Source of the DNA: a virus
DNA length: 64,000 bases
Reading direction: 5' to 3' (one strand)
Virus record (IMG/VR): IMGVR_UViG_3300045988_126281
In this document: piece by piece, positions 30,701 to 39,646 of the stretch
Layout of the letters: every line of letters begins with the position of its first letter
How positions within the stretch are numbered: position 1 is the first letter of the stretch
The notes under the pieces: model-generated
Told to the model about the DNA's origin: nothing
Databases searched by the model: none
Seen by the model: the letters and a program-made list of their open reading frames with translations, nothing else
Made by a program: the position numbers and the translations under genes

Positions 30701-31903
30701 TTGTTTTGTTTTAACTTTTGTTTCTATATCAGTACAACCTTTTTCATCAGCAAAATAAATGCTATGCTTATAATAATCATCATAAACAACATTTTCTTGT
30801 TTCCATCTAAGAATTATATTAGATAAATCTATATTAGGAATATTTTCTTCATTATAATTAGCAATATAAAGCCTATTTTGATAATTAATAATATTCTTTA
30901 CGTTATAAAAATTATAATTATCTGTAATAAGATTAGTAACAGAATAAGTAACACAATTATTTATTTCAAGTTTATAATTTGTTACATTAATTTTTATATC
31001 ATTAGTTTTAAATGCTTTTTGAGAATCTTTTGTGGCACAAATAAAACCTATTTGATAATATTTATATCCGAGTTGTTCTGATTTATTAAGTCCATTAATA
31101 TCAAATGTAATAGTTTCATTAGCAATTTCTATATCATCTGAAATATAATCAGAACAACCAGTCATAAAATAAAGTTTCCATTTACCAGAACTATCAGGAA
31201 GGTCATTAATCCAACCTGAATAATAATATTTAATTATATCTCGTTCAATAAGGTCAGAAACAAATATAGGATAACCTAAATGAAACCAAGAAGTATAATC
31301 AACTTTATTAATTTTAAATCTAATAAAGAAATTATACCAACCTTTATAAGCGTTTCCAATGGTATATTCTTGGTTAATAAGTTTTGGAATATAAACTTCT
31401 GGAGCATTACTAAGTAATCCATTTTTAAGATTAACATCAGTATCATCTCCATTTATACCAAATTTACCAATATTAATGGTTCGTAAAGGAATATTAAACT
31501 TAGTATTATATTCAGCAATAGAAAGTATAAGATTACTTTGTACATTATAAGTAAATGTACCTTTTATTTCTCCTCCGTGATATTCAAATTTGTTATATGA
31601 AATCTCACAAGAATTTTTATCTTCATTATATCTAACTATTGAAGCATTTGTTGGAAAAGAATCACCTTTATAAACTATTAAAATTAATTCTACATTACAA
31701 GGAATAACTCCAGCAATATTCCAATCATTACCAAAATTATTATTAATAAAACTTTCAATGACTCTATTATGGAAAATACTATTTTCACTTTGTAAACAAC
31801 TAAAATCATTAGAAACTTTTACATTCCTTGCATTAACAAGAATTAAATCTTCACAATCTTTCGGGTGTTTATTAAGAACAAGTTTTTTATTTATATTTGG
31901 CAT
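27707..31903 (-). CDS. Large (1398 aa) tail structural protein
   Basis: Long ORF with promoter-like element C 1-43 nt upstream of its ATG. Asn/Tyr-rich beta-type composition typical of tail or muzzle proteins. Confidence 0.45.
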   Translation of the reverse strand: MPNINKKLVLNKHPKDCEDLILVNARNVKVSNDFSCLQSENSIFHNRVIESFINNNFGNDWNIAGVIPCNVELILIVYKGDSFPTNASIVRYNEDKNSCEISYNKFEYHGGEIKGTFTYNVQSNLILSIAEYNTKFNIPLRTINIGKFGINGDDTDVNLKNGLLSNAPEVYIPKLINQEYTIGNAYKGWYNFFIRFKINKVDYTSWFHLGYPIFVSDLIERDIIKYYYSGWINDLPDSSGKWKLYFMTGCSDYISDDIEIANETITFDINGLNKSEQLGYKYYQIGFICATKDSQKAFKTNDIKINVTNYKLEINNCVTYSVTNLITDNYNFYNVKNIINYQNRLYIANYNEENIPNIDLSNIILRWKQENVVYDDYYKHSIYFADEKGCTDIETKVKTKQNNTNRIIKRSNTVDTNTKPSYIKSDHFGKINLNATTLIFKTSLFNQGSTETETAHLYNSNNELIGNITLNWTRNGYGSQGGGYMQYDIDGIYNGVQYWHARGLTALNVPSEVQLTVSINNFKENGEISPDVSSLTSFDFINTNNSYNRRKKETTLIPGETYAFYIHFVNKYGEVSRGYKLPNNGQGNFNLVINKNGDALFKVPYIELSNFKDNIIKHRLTLQIDFGNTYIPNEYVGYFLTYEQFESTCKTTGVLTKFDFYNKEQKATKVASTVYTNKTIVRNENYNAIDSDNLTTVKFYSSEFDITDNLELKYNKLRLEKKNCFDVQDWVYGDIDVGVTDIFIINPAVVNAKFAYNLNIPEKGGTSVNIEIPISKYNIKVAGDATEGQNGLGTCLEITLPTSTIKELFPNGEYIIYKASLLNDTTELYVNENKNLIKFTNIEYFTEGKVKEFKEGLNGHSTYNDFLIYNWNKFIFDSGKNVILNYSYNAYYPTWAFGSNFQLDDNLFKYSHPAAYLQLAVYKDKMLEAKSFKNPPKVCVTQLSEASETEENQTFIFGNGCIVEPSDTVDLFKEKYYNQDISNPKTYTNYDKNISYLNVYNKRIYRSNVIQDESNENAWRIFPLEGYKDITENKGNITNLLAMGTTLLVHTEHSLFMFNRDNTMKTQDKDVQLAMPDIFDIDYKEVFTSTLGICGLQDDRAWIADDFGYIFYDNDAHRLYQFGQGKINNLDNDIIQWLNKYKPNRVRFANDKISNRLLIRFDYQDITKQDNKIISFNYKLGNYISFHDYIFEEGINTKNKLYFFTGRKDNQLKSIFNIDYFNLTNTSYNNFENYTKQLINNSQIDILILGAYITDKGSFTIYDTVKYLEYLTYKLYKIDKSNEDYIQLPVEGLKLPYSGDTLRVFNHNVDTGVIDIKIDTEKAKNAFDNYKKPYWDLDNWNFSYLRNKGSQHNGKQIYGDIMSRLYGNYFIASFTFSDSERRVEFEDLKYNVTKDKKL
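28030..28042 (-). repeat. 17-nt motif copy (CTGCCCGTAGAGGGATT, minus-sense) in the 1398-aa gene
   Basis: + strand cctctacgggcag. Encodes QLPVEGL. Confidence 0.75.
28284..28296 (+). repeat. 17-nt motif variant (CTGCCTGTAAAGAAAT) in the 1398-aa gene
   Basis: T/A variant with one further mismatch. Encodes FFTGRK. Lies 254 nt from the inverted copy at 28030. Confidence 0.55.
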
Positions 31904-31946
31904 AAATAAAAATTATTGTAGATTTTGAATCAATTTTAGGCTCTGT
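31904..31946 (-). promoter_or_regulatory. Conserved late promoter-like element, copy C (upstream of the 1398-aa gene)
   Basis: Minus-sense ACAGAGCCTAAAATTGATTCAAAATCTACAATAATTTTTATTT directly followed by the ATG. Confidence 0.5.
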
Positions 31947-32027
31947 AATGAATGTTTGTCTTAAATATGATAAGTTATATATTTTTAATAAAATCATTCA
32001 TTACAAGTCAAGCAAAGTACCAAAGAA

Positions 32028-32873
32028 TCAATTTCGTGGGTCAAATGTATCTATAAACAATGTGCTTCTAAATAATTTAGAAGCATTGCTAGCATCTACA
32101 TTATCACCAATAATACTTGCTTTAGCTTTATCTTTAAGAATACTCCATTGATAATAAGGATTAGTACCGTATTGAGAAGCAGCAAGATTGAATACAGGAT
32201 GCTTATAACCTCTACAAAGCATTTTATAAATACAATAATATCCAAGTGCTTCTATAAGTAAACCGTTATTAGGAATAAAAGGAAGTTCAGTATTATAATT
32301 ATTGCTTTCATAAGTTTTAATAGCATCATATTCAACAACAATATAATTAGCATCATAATCAAGTTCAATAGTTTTACAATCTACTAAAATATAATGTTTA
32401 GCACAATTATAATTTCCAACAATATCAGCGACATTATATCTAGCAGGATAATCTTTGCTATTAACTCTTACAGCAATACTTCCAATAGATTCATCTTGAT
32501 TAGGAACTAAATGGTTGTCAAGAGTACTTGGGGTAACACTGGAATCAAGGTGTCCATCAGCAGATTCATCTTCCCTGCCTGTAAAGGAATTGCCACATCG
32601 ACTTTGTTGACCGCCCGATATAACATCAACTTCACAACCATTTTCATCAAATACTTTAAGATTAGTACATTCTAAATCACAATCACTTTTAGCAAATCTA
32701 TTCCTAACAGTAAGTTTACGTCTTTTTCTTACAGTAGGAGTAACTTTAAGTTGCTCCATAGCATCAATACACCAAGCAGCAACTCGTGGTATCCAATCAC
32801 TATCTCCAGGATTAAAGTCATTATCAATTTTAGCGATAATCCTTTCAATGGTGGTATATCTTTTGTTTTCCAT
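32028..32873 (-). CDS. Hypothetical structural protein (281 aa)
   Basis: ORF in the tail block. Contains an in-frame copy of the 17-nt motif (peptide NSFTGRE). Confidence 0.4.
   Translation of the reverse strand: MENKRYTTIERIIAKIDNDFNPGDSDWIPRVAAWCIDAMEQLKVTPTVRKRRKLTVRNRFAKSDCDLECTNLKVFDENGCEVDVISGGQQSRCGNSFTGREDESADGHLDSSVTPSTLDNHLVPNQDESIGSIAVRVNSKDYPARYNVADIVGNYNCAKHYILVDCKTIELDYDANYIVVEYDAIKTYESNNYNTELPFIPNNGLLIEALGYYCIYKMLCRGYKHPVFNLAASQYGTNPYYQWSILKDKAKASIIGDNVDASNASKLFRSTLFIDTFDPRN
32575..32587 (+). repeat. 17-nt motif copy (CTGCCTGTAAAGGAATT) in the 281-aa gene
   Basis: Encodes NSFTGRE. Confidence 0.8.
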
Positions 32874-33774
32874 GTCTAATAAAATTAATACTTCTATCTG
32901 GATATTTCATAAGATAAATTCTAATTTTATATCTAAGTCCGCAAGGAAGAGTAAAAATTTCATTTTCAGTTTTACACATAGCAGCAATTTGTTCAAAAGT
33001 TAAACCTCTATATTTAGAACTAATTGTATCAGCAAAATCAAAAGAATAATATTTTCTATTTCTCCAAAACTTAGATTTAACAAAATTAAGACGAAACCAA
33101 TAATTACTTTCTTTAAAAACTCTATAATCAGCACCATTATATTCAAGACCAAGTTTTTTAGCTATTTTAGCTTTAGCATCATCATAAAGCTCAATACCTG
33201 CTTCAGTAAGCTCTTTTTTGCGTTTATTAGTTTCATTAAAATCAATAGTTTTTCTTTTAAAAGGAACAACTTTCTTTTCTAAATACATTGTTCCAACCGA
33301 ATTAGCAATAGTATAAGCATCACCTTTTATAAGAAGTTCATGAATTTTATTATAATAATTAAATAACATTTCTCTATATTCAGAGAACTTAAGATTAGCT
33401 TCTCTATTAAGAGCATTTTTAGCAATATTAAGTTTATATCCTTCAGTAAGAATATTGAGATAAGCAAGAAGTTTTATAATTTCATTACGTTTGCCAGCAG
33501 GAGCTTTATTATAAGCAATACTTGCTTTAACTTTAAAATCTTTAGTGCCCGAACAATATTCTCCATCAATCATTTCTCTTGGATAATTATTAAGGTCTAT
33601 ATTGTGGGTATCAAGCAATACTTCTTTACAGGTAGTTAGCCAAGAACGATATTTAACTGCTTTGGCAATATTTTCTCCAATTTTATCTTCAATTTCTTTA
33701 ACTTGTTTATTAACCTTTTGTTTAAAATCTAAATAAAAGGTTTTCATATCATAATCAGCAGCCCTTTTTTTCAT
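32845..33774 (-). CDS. Hypothetical protein (309 aa)
   Basis: ORF overlapping the downstream gene by 29 nt. No recognisable motif. Confidence 0.4.
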   Translation of the reverse strand: MKKRAADYDMKTFYLDFKQKVNKQVKEIEDKIGENIAKAVKYRSWLTTCKEVLLDTHNIDLNNYPREMIDGEYCSGTKDFKVKASIAYNKAPAGKRNEIIKLLAYLNILTEGYKLNIAKNALNREANLKFSEYREMLFNYYNKIHELLIKGDAYTIANSVGTMYLEKKVVPFKRKTIDFNETNKRKKELTEAGIELYDDAKAKIAKKLGLEYNGADYRVFKESNYWFRLNFVKSKFWRNRKYYSFDFADTISSKYRGLTFEQIAAMCKTENEIFTLPCGLRYKIRIYLMKYPDRSINFIRHGKQKIYHH

Positions 33775-33777
33775 AAT

Positions 33778-34452
33778 TTATTTCATAAGATTAAGAGTAG
33801 GAATTTCATTAGTTTGTCTTACAATATTAGGATTAAATGTTTCAAGAACAAGTTTTTTAATATCACCAATCATATCTTCAGAAATCATAAATTCATCATC
33901 GTCAGAATAATTATATTCTTTATTGAAATGCTCTTCTGGAATTTCAAATGGATTTTCAAAAGCAGCTTCAACTATAATTTGATTTGTAAGAAGCAATCTA
34001 TCTGAATTACGAAGATTAATATAAAGATATTGATTAATATAGTCATAAGATTCGAGACAAGCCATTCCAGGAAGACAAGTATAAAACTTAGCAGAAGGTT
34101 CTTTAATAAAAGGAATTTCAATAGGATTATCAAATCCAGTAGTTCTTATAGAAATAAAAGGATGCCCATTATCAATACGAACAGGCCCTGGAACTCTATT
34201 AAGGCTACGTTTGACTTTTTTAAGGTTTAAATCAAAAGTGTCGCTAATATCACCATCAGGACAATCAATTAAAGTAATTTTAAATCTTTGCTGAAGAACT
34301 TTATCAACATATCCATGAGAACTATAAGTATTACGAATTAGTCTATTACGAGCATGAATAATACCAAGTCTAATAGCATTTCTTACAGGAACACTATCTG
34401 CTTGTTGAACACTATGAGCAATCTCAGAAATTAATTGATTAATAGATGCCAT
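33778..34452 (-). CDS. Hypothetical protein (224 aa)
   Basis: ORF preceded by a hairpin plus T-run terminator (34515-34559), so probably the first gene of a transcription unit. Confidence 0.4.
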   Translation of the reverse strand: MASINQLISEIAHSVQQADSVPVRNAIRLGIIHARNRLIRNTYSSHGYVDKVLQQRFKITLIDCPDGDISDTFDLNLKKVKRSLNRVPGPVRIDNGHPFISIRTTGFDNPIEIPFIKEPSAKFYTCLPGMACLESYDYINQYLYINLRNSDRLLLTNQIIVEAAFENPFEIPEEHFNKEYNYSDDDEFMISEDMIGDIKKLVLETFNPNIVRQTNEIPTLNLMK

Positions 34453-34514
34453 AATACTTTTATTAATTATTAATACAAAAATAAACTTTATTTTTAGAAA
34501 TGAAAATTTATAAT

Positions 34515-34559
34515 AATTAAAAAGTTCTCCTATAAGTTCATTAGAACAAATAGGAGAAC
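34515..34559 (-). terminator. Rho-independent terminator after the 98-aa membrane-protein gene
   Basis: gttctcctat/ataggagaac 10-bp stem followed by CTTTTTAATT (minus-sense). Confidence 0.5.
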
Positions 34560-34569
34560 AATTAATACA

Positions 34570-34866
34570 TTATTCTATATTAGATTTATAATCTAATTTA
34601 AGTTTATTTAAAATAGGTTTAAAAACCCAACTCCAAGCAACTGGAGCAGCAATAGCAGAATTAATAAGAATAATATAATTAGTATATCCAGCAAAATAAT
34701 AAATTGCTGTAATAAGTAGCATGACAACTATAAATACAATTCTTTTTGGCCAAGTACCAAATTTAACAATAGGAGTATATTTATTAATAAAATATGTTAG
34801 AATATTAATAACTAACATATAAGCGAAATCAAAATTATTAATGAGATTATAAGTTATTTGTTCCAT
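34570..34866 (-). CDS. Small integral membrane protein (98 aa, ~3 TM helices), holin-like topology
   Basis: Three hydrophobic segments in 98 aa. Followed by a terminator hairpin. Located away from the lysozyme gene, so the holin role is only a guess. Confidence 0.3.
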   Translation of the reverse strand: MEQITYNLINNFDFAYMLVINILTYFINKYTPIVKFGTWPKRIVFIVVMLLITAIYYFAGYTNYIILINSAIAAPVAWSWVFKPILNKLKLDYKSNIE

Positions 34867-34909
34867 TAAAAATTATATTAATAATAGTTTTGGTGTAAAT
34901 ATTTGTTTA

Positions 34910-35731
34910 TTAAACATTATGAACTTCAACATAAATATTAATTAAATCATTAAGTGAGTTATAAAGTGGAATAACACTATCTCTTATACATTTATATATA
35001 GTATTATTTTGAGAATAATATTTATTAGCATAAAGAATCATATTTCCATTATATGGAATAGGGTCTTCAACAGTACCTTTATTTTGTTCATTAATTTCAG
35101 TATAAACAGTAGCAGCATCAGTCGGAAGCCAATTTGATTGAACAGTATGTTTAAGTAGCGCTTTAAACAATCTATCGTTATATATAAGTTTAGTATTAAC
35201 ATCTATCTCTTTACCAATTAGTTCTTCCCATTTAGGATATATAGATTTAATATTTACAGATTCTTCATCAGATAAATTAAATTTATTAGAAACTATTTTA
35301 ATAAAAGATTCAATATCTGAATTTTTTATTAAATTATGTTTAGTAAAATCTTTTTTCTGAATATTAAAATCATTTCGCACTTTATCTTTTATAATACTAA
35401 CAGTTTCAAGATATTCTTTATATTCAGAAAACTCTTCGTCAGAAATAAGCATATCAAGTTGCATTTTAGAAGCTACATTTATAAACTTAAATTCTTCTTC
35501 TAAAGTATAATAATTTCTAATAATAGCTTTAGCGCAATCAGAATAATTAGGAAGTCCAGAAAGTTTAACCCAAGTACAAAGCCAATAAGGTTTGTTTTCT
35601 GTTTTTCCATCAATATCAACTACATCTTCATTACCAGTTTCAATAACATAAGTATAGATATAATTGTTATTACCAAGCCTATTAATAATTATAGGCTGTT
35701 CATTTGTCTTAAATAATTGTTTGATTTCCAT
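34910..35731 (-). CDS. Hypothetical protein (273 aa) downstream of the DGR reverse transcriptase
   Basis: ORF overlapping the RT 3' end by 43 nt. Not Avd-like (too large, not basic). Confidence 0.4.
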   Translation of the reverse strand: MEIKQLFKTNEQPIIINRLGNNNYIYTYVIETGNEDVVDIDGKTENKPYWLCTWVKLSGLPNYSDCAKAIIRNYYTLEEEFKFINVASKMQLDMLISDEEFSEYKEYLETVSIIKDKVRNDFNIQKKDFTKHNLIKNSDIESFIKIVSNKFNLSDEESVNIKSIYPKWEELIGKEIDVNTKLIYNDRLFKALLKHTVQSNWLPTDAATVYTEINEQNKGTVEDPIPYNGNMILYANKYYSQNNTIYKCIRDSVIPLYNSLNDLINIYVEVHNV

Positions 35732-36906
35732 ATTTTAATAGTAGTTGGAAGTATTTTGTTTATTATAGTTTTATAAAGTATTTTATTAGTAGAAACAGTA
35801 TAATAAGAATGACCCTTATAAATAAAATTAATTTTAAAATACTTATTATGAACATCTATATCAATAACATTTATAACCTTATCATAAAGATTAGAAATTT
35901 TAATATAAGGAGCTACCCAATTAGTATATTTAATTCCTGTAAGTTTTTGAATTTTATAAAGAAGATTTTTAGAATTACAATATTTACACCAACCAAAATA
36001 AGAACGAAAATGAATTTCAAAATATTTTTTATCTATGGTTCTGTTAACATAAGAATATACAAGTTTCATAATATTCTTTTTAATACTTTTTCTTAAAAGT
36101 ATATAATTATGATAAAACTTATATCCAATAAAATCAATACCTCTTTTGTCAACTTCAAATATTTGATAATTTTCTTTAAGTTCTAATTTAAGAACTTGAT
36201 GTAAATACATTTTTATAAGTATTAAAATCTTTCTAAGTTCTTCTTTAGTTTTTCCTAAAATAACAATATCATCTGCATATCTAAAATAAAATTTACATTT
36301 AACTTCTTCTTTTAGCCAATGGTCAAAATAGGTTAAATATAAATTAGCAAAGAATTGAGAAAGATAATTTCCAATAGGAACTCCATCAGAAGATTCAATA
36401 ATATCTTTAAGTAAAATTAAAAGTTTGTTATCTTTAACTTTTCTTTTTATAATTTCAAAAAGAATTTCATGGTTAATAGAAGGATAAAATTTCTTTATAT
36501 CTAGTTTAAGACAATATTTAGTGTTTTCAATATTATTTTCAAGACACTTTTTTAAATCTCTGTTAAGTTTAGTAATTCCTCTTTCTTTAACACAAGAATA
36601 AGTATGAGAAATAAAAATATTAACCCAGATAGGTTCCATAATATTCATAATAGCATGATGAGTAATTCTATCGGGATAATATGGAAGTTTAAAAATTAAT
36701 CTTTCTTTAGGTTCATAAATTTTAAAAGTAGTATAAGTAGAAGTATGATAGTTAAGATTTATTAAATCATTAAGAAGTTTTTCATTTTCTTCTTTTCTAT
36801 GTTCATTATGTTTTATAATATCTTTTCTAAGTTTTTTATCATTACTTGCTTTGTCATCAGCATATTCAATATTATCTTTAGTACAAATTTTTTTCAAAAA
36901 GACCAT
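35689..36906 (-). CDS. Reverse transcriptase of a diversity-generating retroelement (405 aa)
   Basis: RT motifs present: PKERLIFKLPYYPDRITHHAI (motifs 1-2), LKLDIKKFYPSINHEIL (motif A Asp), GVPIGNYLSQFFANLYL (the IGxxxSQ variant of motif B typical of DGR RTs), RYADDIVILG (YADD catalytic motif C) and GIDFIGYKF (primer grip). The template repeat lies immediately upstream. Confidence 0.85.
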   Translation of the reverse strand: MVFLKKICTKDNIEYADDKASNDKKLRKDIIKHNEHRKEENEKLLNDLINLNYHTSTYTTFKIYEPKERLIFKLPYYPDRITHHAIMNIMEPIWVNIFISHTYSCVKERGITKLNRDLKKCLENNIENTKYCLKLDIKKFYPSINHEILFEIIKRKVKDNKLLILLKDIIESSDGVPIGNYLSQFFANLYLTYFDHWLKEEVKCKFYFRYADDIVILGKTKEELRKILILIKMYLHQVLKLELKENYQIFEVDKRGIDFIGYKFYHNYILLRKSIKKNIMKLVYSYVNRTIDKKYFEIHFRSYFGWCKYCNSKNLLYKIQKLTGIKYTNWVAPYIKISNLYDKVINVIDIDVHNKYFKINFIYKGHSYYTVSTNKILYKTIINKILPTTIKIWKSNNYLRQMNSL

Positions 36907-37040
36907 TTATTCTTTTCATAATTATATTTCTATTTATAGAGCGTTCAATATTATATTTACTAACACTATGTTCGATTGCTACGTTATTTTTTACCAAGAG
37001 GTAAGGTTTAATATTTTGTTCATTAAAAAATTTGAAATAT

Positions 37041-37142
37041 AAAAGAAACTACGATTGGCATTAGCATTACTAACACTATTATTAGAATTAGAATAACTAA
37101 AACTAGCATTACTGCTATCATTAGCATTACTACTAGTTAACA
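37041..37142 (-). repeat. DGR template repeat (TR), ~102 nt, intergenic
   Basis: Homologous to 37220-37321. Rich in AAT/AGT codons in the coding sense. All ~25 mismatches against the VR fall where the TR has A on the coding strand (T on the + strand). Confidence 0.85.
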
Positions 37143-37149
37143 ATTTAAC

Positions 37150-37181
37150 TAATAACAATCAATATTAAACCTATGTTATTA
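37150..37181 (-). other. AT-rich hairpin between VR and TR (8-bp stem taataaca/tgttatta, 16-nt loop)
   Basis: Inverted repeat ~38 nt downstream of the VR end. DGRs often carry a hairpin/cruciform downstream of the VR. The stem is weak and AT-only. Confidence 0.3.
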
Positions 37182-37203
37182 ATAAACTTATGATTATAAA
37201 AAA

Positions 37204-39582
37204 TTATATTCTAATGCAAGAAAAGAAACCACGATTGGCAGTAGCAAAACCAACACCAGCACTAGAAAGAGAACAACCAAAACCAGCAGAACCGCCATCA
37301 TGAGCACGACCACCAGCGAACAGCGTTTTTTTATCAGCATTATTATTCGTGTAATGATAATCACTTTTATAAGTAACCGATGTTGCTCCAATTGTAGCAG
37401 GAATTATCTCAGCTTTGTCACCAAACACAAATGTTTTAATATAACCGTAATCCTTTGATTCAGTTCCTCTTATTTCTTTATTTAAAATATCATCATCAAA
37501 TTTTGTGTTATCAGAAGTAGCATAAATAGTATTAGCAGAATTAGCATCTGGTTTTTGTAAGATAATTCCTTCAAGATTTTTACAATAATCACCAAATAAG
37601 TTTTCAAGCCCTCTATATTTACAAGGTGTTAATGTAATAGCATTAATAGCATAAGAACCATCAATAACAATTGTTGGTATAGAAAAATCTTTTACTCCGC
37701 TAAAATTACCAATATCATTAAGATAACCACAAGGAGTAATAGGATTATAATTATTAAATTTTACCCAAGCATTTGATTGAGAAAAAGTGGTTAATCCATT
37801 ACCAAGACCTCCTTGATGATAACCATCACTTGTTAATTCTGCATTAAATGGGAGTTGACAATTAAAATTAGCATATTCTACATAATAACACCAACAAAGA
37901 GCCTTATAAAAATCATAACAAAGAATCTCTTGATTATTAGCAGCATTAGCTATATATGTTCTCATAGTAATACGAGAAACATTTGTAACCGGTTTACCAA
38001 GATTACTTCTATAAGGTAGTGTGTCTAAATAACTGTCTAAAGAAGAATCATTGCTTCCACCTCTATAAGCAGTAGAAGTATTCATAACAACACAAGCCTT
38101 AGGTGTATCAGCAATAGTTCTATCAAGTGTAATTCCCCAAGCACTAATAAGCAATCTTGGGACTTCAGTCCAAGTATTATCAACTTTTGTTAATGACATT
38201 CTAAACTGACGTTTATTACCGTTTTCAAATCCTTTATAATACCATACGTTTCCAGTATCAACACGTACATCTCCATCAGTTCCATCAAGTACAGAAGCAG
38301 AGCCATCAGCCTTTTTAGACCAATCGTTAGGGTCAAGATAATATTGAACTTTATTTCCTTTAGCAACGCAGCCCTTAAATGCAGATTGAATAGGAAGAGT
38401 ACGATGCATCGACATATTACCTATACGAGCACAGGCTGAATCAGCTACTGTAATATCCCATTCAATACCATAACTTATTTGGTCAAGAAAATTAACAGAA
38501 ATAGTACCATCAGCATCAACATCAATTCCTGAGCCTATCTTTACAACACCTAACTTATCCTGTGCAGCTTTTGGCAAATCATCAAAAATAAGATTTCCAT
38601 CAGCTCCTTTTTTAAGATATTGTCCGGCACTACCGCCTTCAGGCAAGATTACATTCTCACCCTCTTTAATTTTTGTTACGGTACCATCAGTAGCAATATT
38701 ATATTTTACTACATGTCCATTAGCAGTATTAATATTAGCCACTCCTCCATCAGTACTGTTCCATGTAGCTACACCATAACCATAATCAATAGATACAAGT
38801 TGAGTTCCTGTATGTAATTGTTCTATATTAAATGCCTTTATCTCAGCAGAATCTCCAATCTCTAGATGAGTATATTCTTCAAGTTTATCAATATCAACAG
38901 AAGCAAAACTTGAAGTTTCTCCTGTTTCAAATGAAACATCTTCTATTTTAAGAGCACCATTAACTACAAAAGTAACTGTACCGTTAAAATAATTACCAAT
39001 ACATTTAAGTCCGTTGTTATTTGTAACAATAACTGGAATCGATTGATTAGTAGAATATTTAGCAGTAACTTCAAGATTCTTTGCCTTAGATTCATCAGAA
39101 TTATCGAGATATATTGTTTCATCTGCTCCACTTCCACCACCTTTATTTCCAATAGCTCTTGCGTACCATTCTGTAAATTCTCCTTCACGAGAAAAATAAT
39201 CCCATCTATATGGAGAATAATTATCATTAACTTCAGTAGTAGTTAAAGTAACATTAAAAATAGGAATACCTCCAATACCTTCAATAACTTGAATAGTAAC
39301 TTCAGCATTTGCTATATTATTAGGTAAGTCAGACATATTAACTTGACCTTGGAACATATCATTAAGAGAAATAGTTCCTGCATAATAAGCATCATTAAGA
39401 GATTTAAAGAACTCTTCAGAAGTACCATTAACTTTAACATTATTTGGAATATCTCCTATAATTCCATCAGACTTACCTCTCATGGATTTAAGATATTTCC
39501 AAAGAAATATTCTATCTTTTTTATCAAGTTGAGTTATTTTCTCAATTGTATCAAAAAGTTGTCTATCTTTTGCGTTATTCAT
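37204..39582 (-). CDS. DGR target protein: tail-fibre/receptor-binding protein (792 aa) with C-terminal variable region
   Basis: The last ~34 codons (...LFAGGRAHDGGSAGFGCSLSSAGVGFATANRGFF...) form the variable repeat. It is homologous to the intergenic template repeat and differs only at template adenines. The Cys/Trp/Tyr-rich C-terminal ~250 aa are compatible with a C-type-lectin-like fold. Confidence 0.8.
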   Translation of the reverse strand: MNNAKDRQLFDTIEKITQLDKKDRIFLWKYLKSMRGKSDGIIGDIPNNVKVNGTSEEFFKSLNDAYYAGTISLNDMFQGQVNMSDLPNNIANAEVTIQVIEGIGGIPIFNVTLTTTEVNDNYSPYRWDYFSREGEFTEWYARAIGNKGGGSGADETIYLDNSDESKAKNLEVTAKYSTNQSIPVIVTNNNGLKCIGNYFNGTVTFVVNGALKIEDVSFETGETSSFASVDIDKLEEYTHLEIGDSAEIKAFNIEQLHTGTQLVSIDYGYGVATWNSTDGGVANINTANGHVVKYNIATDGTVTKIKEGENVILPEGGSAGQYLKKGADGNLIFDDLPKAAQDKLGVVKIGSGIDVDADGTISVNFLDQISYGIEWDITVADSACARIGNMSMHRTLPIQSAFKGCVAKGNKVQYYLDPNDWSKKADGSASVLDGTDGDVRVDTGNVWYYKGFENGNKRQFRMSLTKVDNTWTEVPRLLISAWGITLDRTIADTPKACVVMNTSTAYRGGSNDSSLDSYLDTLPYRSNLGKPVTNVSRITMRTYIANAANNQEILCYDFYKALCWCYYVEYANFNCQLPFNAELTSDGYHQGGLGNGLTTFSQSNAWVKFNNYNPITPCGYLNDIGNFSGVKDFSIPTIVIDGSYAINAITLTPCKYRGLENLFGDYCKNLEGIILQKPDANSANTIYATSDNTKFDDDILNKEIRGTESKDYGYIKTFVFGDKAEIIPATIGATSVTYKSDYHYTNNNADKKTLFAGGRAHDGGSAGFGCSLSSAGVGFATANRGFFSCIRI
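37220..37321 (-). repeat. DGR variable repeat (VR) at the 3' end of the target gene
   Basis: Lies in the last ~34 codons of 37204-39582. The 3'-terminal ~19 nt (gccaatcgtggtttctttt) are near-identical to the TR and may act as an IMH-like element. Confidence 0.85.
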
Positions 39583-39585
39583 TGT

Positions 39586-39646
39586 TATATAAAATTAAAT
39601 AAAGGTAGCACTACCAAAATAAATATTTACTTTAATAGTACTACCT
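39586..39646 (-). terminator. Terminator-like hairpin between fibre gene and DGR target gene
   Basis: aaggtagcact/agtactacctt 11-bp stem (one mismatch), then TTTATTTAATTTT. Preceded by the 16-mer AACAATACGGATTAAG. Confidence 0.4.

Larger units (their letters stand above)
35689..39582 (-). mobile_element. Diversity-generating retroelement cassette (target gene with VR, then TR, then RT)
   Basis: Canonical collinear order on the minus strand. TR/VR differences occur only at TR adenines. See the individual features. Confidence 0.85.

Noticed and set aside
328-31903. Alternative genetic code (TAG or TGA reassignment, as seen in some crAss-like lineages)
   Set aside because: All late genes, including 14.1-kb and 6.7-kb ORFs, are open under the standard code. 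The two stops I checked are TAA.
36907-37203. An avd-like accessory gene between the DGR target and the RT
   Set aside because: The only ORFs here (36851-37042 plus strand, 37194-37391 minus strand) are short and low-complexity. They overlap the TR or VR. No small basic helical-bundle protein is encoded.
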